Position numbers and translations under genes: made by a program. From Bdellovibrionales bacterium (GTDB lineage: Bacteria; Bdellovibrionota; Bdellovibrionia; Bdellovibrionales; DASUEL01), in NCBI GenBank assembly GCA_050250255.1, contig JBFWOZ010000002.1:1-64000 (forward strand): a DNA stretch of 64,000 nucleotides. The letters run 5' to 3'. Positions 18,373 through 27,921 of this stretch are shown here, one piece after another; the first letter of the stretch is position 1, and each line of letters begins with the position of its first letter. Under the pieces are notes generated by a model, which ran no database searches, was not told the origin of the DNA, and saw nothing but the letters and a program-made list of their open reading frames with translations.

Positions 18373-19197
18373 GTGAAATTTCAATCAGGTAGCTCTTCTT
18401 CGACATCCGATTCCCAGGTCGAAGGGCTTGTCGAACATCTCGCAAAAGAAGTCATGAAAAAGTTGGGTGGCAGCACCCCGGCCGTCGAAGAAAAATCCAC
18501 AGCTCCCGAAGGCGCAATTAATCTTCAGCCTTCTCAGCTTGCGGGTTACATCGATCACACCTTACTCAAACCAGATGCAACAGCCGATCAGATTCGCACA
18601 CTTTGCGAAGAAGCCGCTCAATACCACTTTGCCACTGTCTGTGTGAATTCCAGTAACGTACGGTTAGCCGCGGAACTTTTAAAAAATTCTACGGTGAAGC
18701 CGATCGCGGTTGTGGGCTTTCCTCTTGGTGCCTCTACACCGAAAGCCAAAGCCTTCGAAACGCTTGAGGCCATTCGTAACGGCGCTCAAGAAATTGATAC
18801 TGTGGTGAACATTGGCGCGCTTAAAAGCAAAGACTACAAAACGGTCGGTGACGACATTCGTGCGGTGGTTGAGGCTGCGGGATCTATTCCTGTAAAAGTG
18901 ATTCTCGAAACTAGCCAATTGAATGACGAAGAAAAAATCATCGCCTGCGCTCTTTCTGTCGCAGGTGGAGCAGCCTTTGTGAAAACTTCTACGGGCTTTG
19001 CCGGTGGCGGTGCCACCGAGGAAGACATTCGCCTTATGCGACGAGTGGTTGGACCAAACGTCGGTGTTAAAGCCAGCGGTGGGGTTCGAGATCTCGAAAC
19101 GGCCAAGAAAATGCTCGCGGCCGGAGCTAATCGTCTTGGCACCAGCAGCAGCGTCGCGATCGTGACAGGTGCCGCTCCCTCTCAAAAAGGATATTGA
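18373..19197 (+). CDS. deoC: deoxyribose-phosphate aldolase with N-terminal extension (start GTG 18373 or upstream)
   Basis: IDHTLLKPDAT, VVGFPLG, KVILET, FVKTSTGF, VKASGGVR, RLGTSS. Confidence 0.95.
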   Translation: MKFQSGSSSSTSDSQVEGLVEHLAKEVMKKLGGSTPAVEEKSTAPEGAINLQPSQLAGYIDHTLLKPDATADQIRTLCEEAAQYHFATVCVNSSNVRLAAELLKNSTVKPIAVVGFPLGASTPKAKAFETLEAIRNGAQEIDTVVNIGALKSKDYKTVGDDIRAVVEAAGSIPVKVILETSQLNDEEKIIACALSVAGGAAFVKTSTGFAGGGATEEDIRLMRRVVGPNVGVKASGGVRDLETAKKMLAAGANRLGTSSSVAIVTGAAPSQKGY

Positions 19198-20499
19198 TTG
19201 GCCTTTCTCGCAACCGAGATCATCAAAAAAAAGCGAGACAAAAAAGAAAACTCTGATGAAGAGATTCAATTTTTTATTAGCGGATATTTAAAAAACGAGA
19301 TTGCCGACTATCAATTGTCTGCTTGGCTCATGGCCGTTGTTCTCAACGGAATGACCGAAAAAGAAACCGTTACTCTTATGAGAGTGATGCTCGACTCAGG
19401 CATCACGATGGACTTTTCCCATCTCAATGCCCCTGCGGTCGACAAACATAGCAGCGGTGGTGTCGGAGACAAAACCAGTCTCATCCTCGCACCGATTGTG
19501 GCAGCCCTTGATCTCTACGTTCCAATGATTTCGGGCCGAGGGCTTGGTCACACGGGCGGCACTCTGGATAAACTCGAGAGCATTCCGGGCCTCACCACCA
19601 CACTTCCTCTCGAGAAATTTAAAAAATTGGTTGAGAAACATGGCCTCTGCTTTATGGGGCAAACGAAAGACATCTGTCCTTCAGATAAAAAAATCTACGC
19701 GCTTCGAGACGTCACCGGCACTGTTGAGTCTTTGCCCCTGATCTGCGCAAGCATCATGTCGAAAAAAGTGGCCGAAGGAATTGATGCCCTTGTTCTCGAT
19801 ATCAAATGTGGCTCCGGCGCTTTTATGAAAACGAGAAAAGACGCGAGAGAGCTAGCAAAAAATCTGGTGAGGGTCGGTCGACGGTACGGAAAAAAAGTCA
19901 CTGCGCTCGTCACTCAGATGGAACAGCCACTTGGAAGATTTGTCGGCAACTCGCTTGAGATTGAAGAATGTGTTTCCATTTTAAAAAACGAAAATGGTTT
20001 TGAGTTTTATGACGAGACTCGTGAGCTCAGCCTTCTTCTTGCGGGACACATGGCTTTGTTGGCGGGGAAGTATAAAACTCTCCAGAAAGCGATTGCGGCC
20101 TGTGAAGAAGTCATCGCCAACGGCAAGGCTTTTGAAAAATTTGAGCTCATTGTCAAAGCCCAGGGCGGAAATCTTTCGAAGCTTCCTCGCGCAACAAAAA
20201 ACCGCCAAGTTTTAGCTCCTCGCTCAGGTTACATGACCAAAATGAATAGCGAAGAAATCGGACAAGCGGCGATCGAACTGGGGGCTGGTCGAAAAAAAGC
20301 CAATGACGTGATTGATCCTTCCGCAGGCATTGAGGTTTTTAAAAAAATTGGTTCTCCGATAAAAAAAGGCGACGTCCTTTTTACGATTTTTGGCTCAACT
20401 GACGAGTCGCTTGCGACAGCTGCTAAAAGACTTCAGAGCGCCTTCGTTCTCGGTACTAAAAAAGTTAAAAAATTAAATTTGCATTTGGAAACTATTTAA
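19198..20499 (+). CDS. pdp: thymidine/pyrimidine-nucleoside phosphorylase
   Basis: DKHSSGGVGDK, SGRGLGHTGGTLDKLESIPG, YALRDVTGTV, SIMSKK. Confidence 0.93.
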   Translation: MAFLATEIIKKKRDKKENSDEEIQFFISGYLKNEIADYQLSAWLMAVVLNGMTEKETVTLMRVMLDSGITMDFSHLNAPAVDKHSSGGVGDKTSLILAPIVAALDLYVPMISGRGLGHTGGTLDKLESIPGLTTTLPLEKFKKLVEKHGLCFMGQTKDICPSDKKIYALRDVTGTVESLPLICASIMSKKVAEGIDALVLDIKCGSGAFMKTRKDARELAKNLVRVGRRYGKKVTALVTQMEQPLGRFVGNSLEIEECVSILKNENGFEFYDETRELSLLLAGHMALLAGKYKTLQKAIAACEEVIANGKAFEKFELIVKAQGGNLSKLPRATKNRQVLAPRSGYMTKMNSEEIGQAAIELGAGRKKANDVIDPSAGIEVFKKIGSPIKKGDVLFTIFGSTDESLATAAKRLQSAFVLGTKKVKKLNLHLETI

Positions 20500-20594
20500 A
20501 ACAGGCGCCGCAGCCCCAGAGCACCATCCTTGTTAAATGCTTTAAAAGCCACCCACAATTTAGGTCTTAACTAACGGAACAAAGTCCAGATAAA

Positions 20595-20696
20595 CTAAAA
20601 AAGTTTCAGCCAGGATAAAATCACAGACGTTCTGCGAACCCAAGCCTTAAGTTTTCTTCGGTCTTTTACGATATAAACAATGGTTTGGTTGTTCAT
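20595..20696 (-). CDS. candidate 33-aa small protein MNNQTIVYIVKDRRKLKAWVRRTSVILSWLKLF
   Basis: Manual translation; strong SD AGGAGG 5 nt before the ATG; no homology evidence. Confidence 0.3.
   Translation of the reverse strand: MNNQTIVYIVKDRRKLKAWVRRTSVILSWLKLF
20647..20674 (+). promoter_or_regulatory. sigma28-like promoter with no sense ORF directly downstream
   Basis: TTAAG-N15-TACGATAT, same spacing as four other sites in the window. Confidence 0.35.
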
Positions 20697-20780
20697 ACCT
20701 TCCTCCTATACCAGTAGGAGGTTCTATTCCCTGAATCCCAGTTTGCACTCTGCAGACTGCGGCATTCGGAGAGAATGCAA
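20681..20780 (+). ncRNA. candidate structured small RNA
   Basis: Hairpin CCTCCTA/TAGGAGG (20702-20721) and long stem 20726-20776 with core CAGTTTGCA-CTC-TGCAGACTG, downstream of a sigma28-like promoter. Confidence 0.3.
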
Positions 20781-20849
20781 AATGTATTTTAGATTTATAT
20801 AAGAATACGATGGTTCCTGATTCGTTGATCGTTTCGAGAGTCGGAGATT

Positions 20850-21093
20850 CTAGTCTTTGAGAAGGCGGAAGATTTTATTCGGGCGTGGCGTTGTGTCATT
20901 GAGGTCAAGCCCATGTTTATCAATCACGGTGGCCGGCTTTCCTGCGCTTAAGTGCGATTTCTTCTTCTGAATACAATGTTTTCGGACATGCGGTAGCTGT
21001 TTTCTTTCCTGATAATATCTGTTGAATTAAATTTTCTCCAATGCCGTTATGTTCAGGCCAGACGAACTGAGATTTATTTTCATAAATTTCCAT
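20850..21093 (-). pseudogene. ASCH-domain protein remnant, frameshifted and truncated
   Basis: MEIYENKSQFVWPEHNGIGENLIQQILSGKKTATACPKTLYSEEEI stops at 20920; adjacent frame continues AGKPATVIDKHG; IL.GKKTAT and G...v.D..G are ASCH signatures. Confidence 0.6.
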
Positions 21094-21337
21094 GTTGGCT
21101 TTTTACCAAATTTTAAATTTGTTTGTCCTTAAGCTAATCCAAACAGACCACTATTAAGAAATTTCGTCTTCAGAAATTAGTTACTGTATAACTTAATTAA
21201 ACATTGTTTACCCGCCTGTCTTGCGACAGGCTTTGGTTAAGATAAAACCACTCTCTTGTGCGGCGCACAAAAAACCTTGGAAGCCCCGAAAAAGAGATGT
21301 TTTGCAATTTTCGCCTTTTTATGAACTAAATAGCCCC

Positions 21338-22165
21338 ATGGTTCACGAACGGCTCCAAGAGAGCGCTGCCTACATTAAATCTCAAACCAATCTCAAGCCT
21401 CGAGTTGGAATTATTTTGGGATCTGGATTTATTAATTTCGCTTCGCAGATTAAAGAAGAGGCGCGGATTCTTTTTGATGAAATTCCAAATTTCTTGCCTA
21501 CTTCTAGCGACAGCAATAATCCAGGTATGTTGATTTTGGGACGCGTGAATGATGTACCCGTAGCGGCACTCATTGGGCGGCTTCATTTTTATGAAGGTCA
21601 CTCCATGGAGCGCGTGGTATTTCCCACTCGAGTACTTGCGATGCTTGGAATTGAAACTTTGATTCTGACCAACGCAGCCGGGGGCCTTGATACCGATATG
21701 GTTCCTGGCGATTTTATGATTATCAAAGATCACATCAACATGATGGGTGATAATCCGCTCAAGGGTCCTAACTTAAAAAATCTTGGGCCGCGGTTTCCTG
21801 AAATGTCTCAGCCCTATGATCTCCACTTGGTGGAACGTATGTCGGCGATTATGAAAATGCGAAATATGCGTCATCATATTGGAATATTCTGTGGTGTGAG
21901 CGGTCCTACCTTTGAAACCCCAGCCGAAGTGAACTACTTACGCTTGGTCGGTGCAAATGCGGTAGGAATGAGTACCGTTCCTGAGTCCATCGCAGCCAAT
22001 CACCTAGGGCTTCGAGTGGCGGCATTTTGCTGCATCACCAATGAAGCCGGAGGCGGAAGAAATCATAAAATGCGACATAACGATGTCACCGAGATGGCTA
22101 AAAAGTCAGAAGAACCGGTGAAAGAGTTTCTCACGGAGTTCATTCAGTTCCTCGGCCGCTCCTAA
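21338..22165 (+). CDS. purine-nucleoside phosphorylase (trimeric PNP family)
   Basis: GIILGSG, GRLHFYEG, LTNAAGG, GPRFP, GPTFETPAE, VGMSTVPE, ITN; start ATG 21338. Confidence 0.92.
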   Translation: MVHERLQESAAYIKSQTNLKPRVGIILGSGFINFASQIKEEARILFDEIPNFLPTSSDSNNPGMLILGRVNDVPVAALIGRLHFYEGHSMERVVFPTRVLAMLGIETLILTNAAGGLDTDMVPGDFMIIKDHINMMGDNPLKGPNLKNLGPRFPEMSQPYDLHLVERMSAIMKMRNMRHHIGIFCGVSGPTFETPAEVNYLRLVGANAVGMSTVPESIAANHLGLRVAAFCCITNEAGGGRNHKMRHNDVTEMAKKSEEPVKEFLTEFIQFLGRS

Positions 22166-22217
22166 TTTTATCCCATGACATTTCTATTTCTTTGATGTCT
22201 CATCATTAGCTGCTGCT

Positions 22218-23540
22218 ATGAAAACGACAACAAAAATACTGATACAAAATGGCTTAATCGTCACAAACAACAAGGAAGACGACGTGTTTGTTGGAGATCT
22301 TCTGATCTCCGATACCAAGATCCGAAAAGTTTCTAAAAAAACTTTGAAGGGTGAGTCGGGAATTGATCAAGTGATCGATGCGACTGACAAGTTTGTGATC
22401 CCAGGGTTCGTACAAGCCCATACCCATTTATGCCAAACACTTTTTCGTGGTGAAGCTGATGATCTTGCGTTGATCGATTGGCTCAGAGAAAAAATTTGGC
22501 CCTTCGAAGCGGCTCACAATGCCACCTCGATGCGCGCCTCCGCCCTTTACGGAACTTACGAAATGCAGATGAACGGAACCACATCAATTCTCGACATGGG
22601 CTCCGTTCATCACACGCAATCTCTTCTCGAAGCTGTTGCAGAAACCGGGCTTCGTTATTGGGGTGGGAAATGTCTGATGGATCGAAAAGGCAGTGTTCTT
22701 TCTCAATCGACCGAGGACGCGCTTAAAGAAACTGAAGACCTTTCGGTAGAGTGGGCCGAAAAAAATCCTCTGATCAATTACGCGCTTTGTCCGCGCTTTG
22801 TTGTCTCGTGTACCGAAGGTTTGCTGAAGGACGTAAGAGAGTTGCAAGCTCAGCATGGCCAAGTGGTCCACACCCATGCCTCAGAGAATAAAGACGAAGT
22901 GAAGCTTGTCCGTAAGTTGACAAAAATGGATAACGTTTCCTACTTAGATAAATTGAAACTTTTGAATCCCAAAACTGCGATCGTGCATGCCATTCATCTC
23001 ACCGAAAAAGAGATTGGCCGACTCGCAAAAACAAAAACACCGATCGTTCATTGTCCAAGCTCGAATATGAAGTTGGGGAGCGGACTTGCCCCCATTACGA
23101 AATATTTAAAAAAGGGAATTACGGTGGGCTTAGGGGGCGACGGCGCTCCCTGCAATAACAGCATGGATCCGTTTAAAGAAATGCATCTCGCGGCAATCTT
23201 ACAGAAACCCGTATTTGGTCCGGCGGCTCTTGATGCCCGCACCGCCTTTCGCCTGGCCACTCTCGGTGGGGCAAAAGTGTTGGGGGTTGCGGATAAAATT
23301 GGTTCTTTAGAAGCCGGTAAGCTTGCAGATGTTGTTCTTGTTGATCGCTCGCATCCATCGGTTTACACGGTAGCGGATCCTTATTCAGCTCTTGTGTATT
23401 CTTGTACCGGTAGGGATGTCACCGATGTGGTGATTCATGGAAAAACCATTATCCGTCACCGTGTACATCAGCTTCTTGACCGCGATTTGGTATACTCTCA
23501 AGCCCTTTCGGAAAAAAAGAAACTTCTCCAAAGAATCTAA
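22218..23540 (+). CDS. metal-dependent amidohydrolase, 5'-deoxyadenosine/MTA-SAH deaminase family
   Basis: PGFVQAHTH, HTHASE, HCPSSNMKLGSG, GGDGAPCNN, GSLEAGKLAD; located in a nucleoside salvage cluster. Confidence 0.85.
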   Translation: MKTTTKILIQNGLIVTNNKEDDVFVGDLLISDTKIRKVSKKTLKGESGIDQVIDATDKFVIPGFVQAHTHLCQTLFRGEADDLALIDWLREKIWPFEAAHNATSMRASALYGTYEMQMNGTTSILDMGSVHHTQSLLEAVAETGLRYWGGKCLMDRKGSVLSQSTEDALKETEDLSVEWAEKNPLINYALCPRFVVSCTEGLLKDVRELQAQHGQVVHTHASENKDEVKLVRKLTKMDNVSYLDKLKLLNPKTAIVHAIHLTEKEIGRLAKTKTPIVHCPSSNMKLGSGLAPITKYLKKGITVGLGGDGAPCNNSMDPFKEMHLAAILQKPVFGPAALDARTAFRLATLGGAKVLGVADKIGSLEAGKLADVVLVDRSHPSVYTVADPYSALVYSCTGRDVTDVVIHGKTIIRHRVHQLLDRDLVYSQALSEKKKLLQRI

Positions 23541-23615
23541 TTCCCTCCTGGACTCGACTTTCGCCGAGCTTCAGGTGCTCTTCTTTTTAGTAGGCAAAAA
23601 CTTCTCAGACTGGAC

Positions 23616-23643
23616 TCTAGTTGGAGCCGGCTTTGTTCGATAA
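23616..23643 (+). promoter_or_regulatory. sigma28-like promoter upstream of the subtilase
   Basis: TCTAG-N15-TTCGATAA. Confidence 0.35.
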
Positions 23644-23679
23644 TGAGAAAGTATCTTCATCCAAAAAAGGAGTTTTGGA

Positions 23680-24918
23680 ATGTTGTCACGCAAACCTCTT
23701 ATTATTTTTAGCCTCCTCTTTTGTCTGCTTTTAGTGAGTTGCTCACAGCAAGAGACAGAACAAGAAAGCTTTGTTCAACCCACCGCTCACTGCGCCTCGC
23801 AAGCCGTGTCGGGCCAGTTCATCGTCCAATGGACCGATGGTCGAGTCAGCGTGGAACACGCCTCCTCGCAAGAAGACTTTTTGGAGAATGTTTTAAAGAA
23901 AAATCAAAACCAAATTGTGCTCGCAGAACATGATTACCAAATTCGTCTTCAAGATTTTTTGGTTTCTGATGTGGCGCCTATGACAGGTCGTGATCCAACG
24001 GATTGGGGTCAAACATCTTCTCAAGTACAAACTCTTTGGAACGAGCTTGTGTATGGGCAAAACGTGCTTGTGGCCGTGATCGATACGGGGTCTGACATCA
24101 CCCATCCGCAGCTCGCTCCGCAAGTTTACGTCAATAAAAACGAAATTCCTGGCAACGGCATTGACGACGATAACAATGGCTATGTGGATGACATCAGTGG
24201 ATGGAATTATGTGACCGGAACTCCGAATATGGAGGGAGAGCTGACTCACGGAACGCATGTCGCAGGCATTACCGTCGCAAAGCATGGAGCTGGTGAAGTA
24301 AAAGGTTTAGCTCCGAGCGCGAAATTGATTCCTCTAAAATTTATTGATGGGGACGGTGGTTATCTTGGTCATGCGGTCGAAGCGATTCAATACGCCGCCA
24401 AAATTGCTGAAAAAGCGAATCAACCCCTTGTCATTAACGCCAGTTGGGGTGGCTCCGATTGTTCTGCTGTCTTGAAAAGACAAATGGTCGCTCTCGAAGG
24501 AAAACGCATTCTCTTTTCTGTGGCCGCCGGGAACGAACGCCGCAATCTTGATATTTCTCCTGTTTTTCCAGCAGCATTTAATTTAGCGAACCAAATTACC
24601 GTGAGTGCCTATTCCGCTAGAAACGTGATGGCCGATTTTTCTAACTACGGACTTCTCGCCCATGTTGTGGCACCCGGAGTAGATATTTTTAGCACGGTAC
24701 CAGGTGGATATCTGTATTACCATGGCACGAGCATGGCAGCGCCCTTCGTTGCTGGAGCCGCCGCCCTCCTTTGGAGCAAGCACCCTCAAGCGACAACCAC
24801 AGAAATTCGCCAAGCGCTTATGGATTCCGTGACCTCAGGAGCTTACGCGGTGAAATCTCGGGGCAGCCTCAACGTTCAACACGCAGCTCAGGTTCTTGCC
24901 CAGCGTCTTGGACTCTAA
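23680..24918 (+). CDS. S8 subtilisin-like serine protease, probable lipoprotein
   Basis: VAVIDTG, HGTHVAG, GTSMAAPFVAG triad; GNGIDDDNNGYVDD Ca loop; LVSC lipobox. Confidence 0.93.
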   Translation: MLSRKPLIIFSLLFCLLLVSCSQQETEQESFVQPTAHCASQAVSGQFIVQWTDGRVSVEHASSQEDFLENVLKKNQNQIVLAEHDYQIRLQDFLVSDVAPMTGRDPTDWGQTSSQVQTLWNELVYGQNVLVAVIDTGSDITHPQLAPQVYVNKNEIPGNGIDDDNNGYVDDISGWNYVTGTPNMEGELTHGTHVAGITVAKHGAGEVKGLAPSAKLIPLKFIDGDGGYLGHAVEAIQYAAKIAEKANQPLVINASWGGSDCSAVLKRQMVALEGKRILFSVAAGNERRNLDISPVFPAAFNLANQITVSAYSARNVMADFSNYGLLAHVVAPGVDIFSTVPGGYLYYHGTSMAAPFVAGAAALLWSKHPQATTTEIRQALMDSVTSGAYAVKSRGSLNVQHAAQVLAQRLGL

Positions 24919-25015
24919 TATTTAAACTGTTGCATTGCGCAAAGCGGACCCTTATAGGCTTTGCCACTGGATCCATCTTCTTATAGTTTTAGGCTCTTTT
25001 TTAGAGAGAGTCTGA

Positions 25016-26305
25016 ATGCGATATTACATCGAAGAACTATCCAAATTTAATGGTCAAGAAGTCGAACTTAAGGGCTGGGTCTACAACGTTCGATCTTCTG
25101 GAAAAATCAAATTTCTTTTACTCCGCGATGGAACGGGACTTTGCCAGTGCGTTCTGTTTAAAGGCGATTGCTCCGAAGAATCCTGGAATGAGTTTGAAAA
25201 ACTCACTCAAGAAAGCGTCGTAAAAATCACCGGCACCGTTCGTGAAGAAAAGCGAAGCCCTGGTGGCTATGAGTTGGGCGCAAAAAAAATGGAAATCATT
25301 TCTATCGCTCAAGAATATCCCATTACACCAAAAGAACACGGCACAGAATTCCTCATGGAACACCGTCATCTTTGGGTTCGCTCCAAAAGACAACATGCGA
25401 TTTTAAGAATTCGTGCAGAGATTATTAAATCGATTCGTGATTTTTTTGATGGACGTGGGTTTACTCTTTTCGACACTCCTATTTTTACTCCGAGTGCGTG
25501 CGAGGGAACATCGAACCTTTTTGAAACTCAATACTTCGACCAAAAGTCTTATCTCAGCCAAAGTGGTCAGCTCTACGGCGAAGCGGGAGCCGCGGCGTTT
25601 GGAAAAATCTATTGTTTCGGCCCTACTTTCCGTGCTGAAAAATCAAAGACACGTCGTCACTTGATTGAGTTTTGGATGGTGGAACCAGAGGTTGCGTTCA
25701 ACGATCTCAACGACAACATGGAGCTGGCCGAACAGTTTGTGGAGTACATTGTTCAAAGAACGCTCACGAATCGTAAAGATGAGCTTGCGGCGATCGAAAG
25801 AGACATTGAGAAGTTGAAGCCTATCAAAGGCCCTTTCCCACGTCTTCACTACTCGGAAGCAGCTGCATTGATCAAAAAAGAAAATCCCGCCTTTGTTGTG
25901 GGAGATGACTTTGGTGGCACCGACGAAACCATTGTGAGTTCCAAGTTTGATAAACCTGTTTTTGTTCACCGCTATCCTGCTGCCGTAAAAGCTTTCTACA
26001 TGAAACAAGATGAAAAAGAGCCCGGCTCAAGTCTGAGCTGTGATCTTCTGGCGACAGAAGGTTATGGTGAGATCATCGGTGGTGGCCAACGTGAAGACAA
26101 TTTGGATTTTTTGGTTTCACGAATCAAAGAACACAATTTACAACAAAAAGATTTTGAATGGTTTTTGGATCTCCGTCGCTATGGAACATTTCCGCACTCT
26201 GGTTTTGGCTTAGGTGTAGAAAGAACCGTCTCTTGGATCTGTGGTCTTCCACATATTCGTGAAACTATTCCGTTTCCTCGACTGTACGGACGAAACTACC
26301 CTTAA
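25016..26305 (+). CDS. asnS: asparagine--tRNA ligase
   Basis: LRDGTG OB fold, [48 protein letters not shown]. Confidence 0.93.
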   Translation: MRYYIEELSKFNGQEVELKGWVYNVRSSGKIKFLLLRDGTGLCQCVLFKGDCSEESWNEFEKLTQESVVKITGTVREEKRSPGGYELGAKKMEIISIAQEYPITPKEHGTEFLMEHRHLWVRSKRQHAILRIRAEIIKSIRDFFDGRGFTLFDTPIFTPSACEGTSNLFETQYFDQKSYLSQSGQLYGEAGAAAFGKIYCFGPTFRAEKSKTRRHLIEFWMVEPEVAFNDLNDNMELAEQFVEYIVQRTLTNRKDELAAIERDIEKLKPIKGPFPRLHYSEAAALIKKENPAFVVGDDFGGTDETIVSSKFDKPVFVHRYPAAVKAFYMKQDEKEPGSSLSCDLLATEGYGEIIGGGQREDNLDFLVSRIKEHNLQQKDFEWFLDLRRYGTFPHSGFGLGVERTVSWICGLPHIRETIPFPRLYGRNYP

Positions 26306-26334
26306 TTTTAAGATATAAACTTCGCATCGGAGTC

Positions 26335-27912
26335 ATGGTGGAAAAAGAAACATCAAAAACATCTCGTACGCAAAAGCTCATTGCTGAACTCGAAACGCGC
26401 AACGAAAAGGCGCTCGTTGGTGGTGGCAAAGAGCGAATCGAAAAACAAAAACAGGGTGGTCGGCTTACGGCTCGCGAACGCCTAGATGTTCTTCTCGATC
26501 CTTCTAGCTTTATTGAACTCGACCGCTTCGTCACTCACCGATGTATTAACTTCGGCATGGAACAAAACAAAATTCCTGGCGATGGTGTGATCACGGGTTA
26601 CGGCCGCATTAACGGAAAACTCGTTTACGTTTACAGTCAAGATTTCACGGTCTTTGGTGGAAGTCTCTCGGCCACCCAAGCAAAAAAAATCTGTAAGGTT
26701 CTCGAACTCGCGATGAAGAATGGAGCTCCCGTTATTGGTCTCAATGACTCTGGTGGCGCCCGCATTCAAGAGGGCGTAGAAGCTCTCGGTGGATATGCCG
26801 ATATCTTCTTAAAGAACACAATGGCCTCCGGCGTGATTCCTCAGATCAGCGCCATTATGGGCCCCTGTGCAGGCGGCGCGGTTTATAGCCCGAGTATCAC
26901 CGACTTTATTTTTATGGTGAAAAACACAAGCTACATGTTCGTGACTGGCCCTGATGTGATCAAGGCCGTCACTCATGAAAACGTAACAAAAGAAGAGCTC
27001 GGTGGCGCAATCACTCACGCTCAAAAATCCGGCGTTTCTCACTTTGTGACCGAAGACGACAAGCATTGTCTTCTCATGATTCGCGAGCTTCTTAACTTTT
27101 TACCAAGCAACAATATGGACGATGTTCCAGTGATTCCCACAAAAGATCGCCCGGATCGCGTGGAAAACGCTCTGAATTCGTTGATTCCTGATAATTCAAA
27201 AAAGCCCTATGACATGCTCGAGCTCATTAAACTCATCGTGGATGAAGGTTATTTTTTGGAAGTGCATAAACACTACGCAAAGAACATCGTTGTCGGTTTT
27301 GCGCGATTCAATGGTCGTAGCGTCGGAATCGTCGCGAACCAGCCTCAAGTTCTTGCAGGCTGCTTAAACATTGAAGCCAGCGTGAAGGCCGCACGCTTTG
27401 TTCGGTTCTGTGATGCTTTTAACATTCCTCTCGTCACACTCGTAGACGTTCCAGGATTTTTGCCAGGTACAGATCAGGAGTGGAACGGTATCATCACACA
27501 TGGAGCAAAATTGCTTTATGCCTATGCGGAAGCCACTGTTCCAAAAATCACAATCATTACTCGCAAAGCTTACGGCGGAGCGTACGACGTGATGGCCTCA
27601 AAACACATTCGTGCGGACGTCAACCTCGCTTATCCAACAGCAGAGATTGCTGTGATGGGTGCCGGCGGAGCGGTGAATATTATTTTCCGAGACCAGATCA
27701 AAAAAGCAAAAGATCCTGTCGCAGAGGCGAACAAACTCACAGAAGAGTATGAAAAGACATTCAACAATCCTTACAAGGCAGCTGAGCTTGGTTACATTGA
27801 TGAAGTGATCGAGCCTGCTTACACACGCAAGAGAATTGTTGATGCTCTCGAAATGTTAAAAAACAAACGCGATTCGAACCCACCACGTAAGCACGGGAAT
27901 ATTCCTCTCTAG
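26335..27912 (+). CDS. pccB: acyl-CoA (propionyl-CoA) carboxylase carboxyltransferase subunit
   Basis: [42 protein letters not shown]. Confidence 0.92.
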   Translation: MVEKETSKTSRTQKLIAELETRNEKALVGGGKERIEKQKQGGRLTARERLDVLLDPSSFIELDRFVTHRCINFGMEQNKIPGDGVITGYGRINGKLVYVYSQDFTVFGGSLSATQAKKICKVLELAMKNGAPVIGLNDSGGARIQEGVEALGGYADIFLKNTMASGVIPQISAIMGPCAGGAVYSPSITDFIFMVKNTSYMFVTGPDVIKAVTHENVTKEELGGAITHAQKSGVSHFVTEDDKHCLLMIRELLNFLPSNNMDDVPVIPTKDRPDRVENALNSLIPDNSKKPYDMLELIKLIVDEGYFLEVHKHYAKNIVVGFARFNGRSVGIVANQPQVLAGCLNIEASVKAARFVRFCDAFNIPLVTLVDVPGFLPGTDQEWNGIITHGAKLLYAYAEATVPKITIITRKAYGGAYDVMASKHIRADVNLAYPTAEIAVMGAGGAVNIIFRDQIKKAKDPVAEANKLTEEYEKTFNNPYKAAELGYIDEVIEPAYTRKRIVDALEMLKNKRDSNPPRKHGNIPL

Positions 27913-27921
27913 GAGACAATT

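Noticed and set aside
20500..21337. Possible c-di-GMP or purine riboswitch in the long gap between the two nucleoside phosphorylase genes
   Set aside because: No c-di-GMP-I (GGCAAAC...GAAA...GACGCAAA) or purine-riboswitch consensus found by eye; an Rfam search would be decisive
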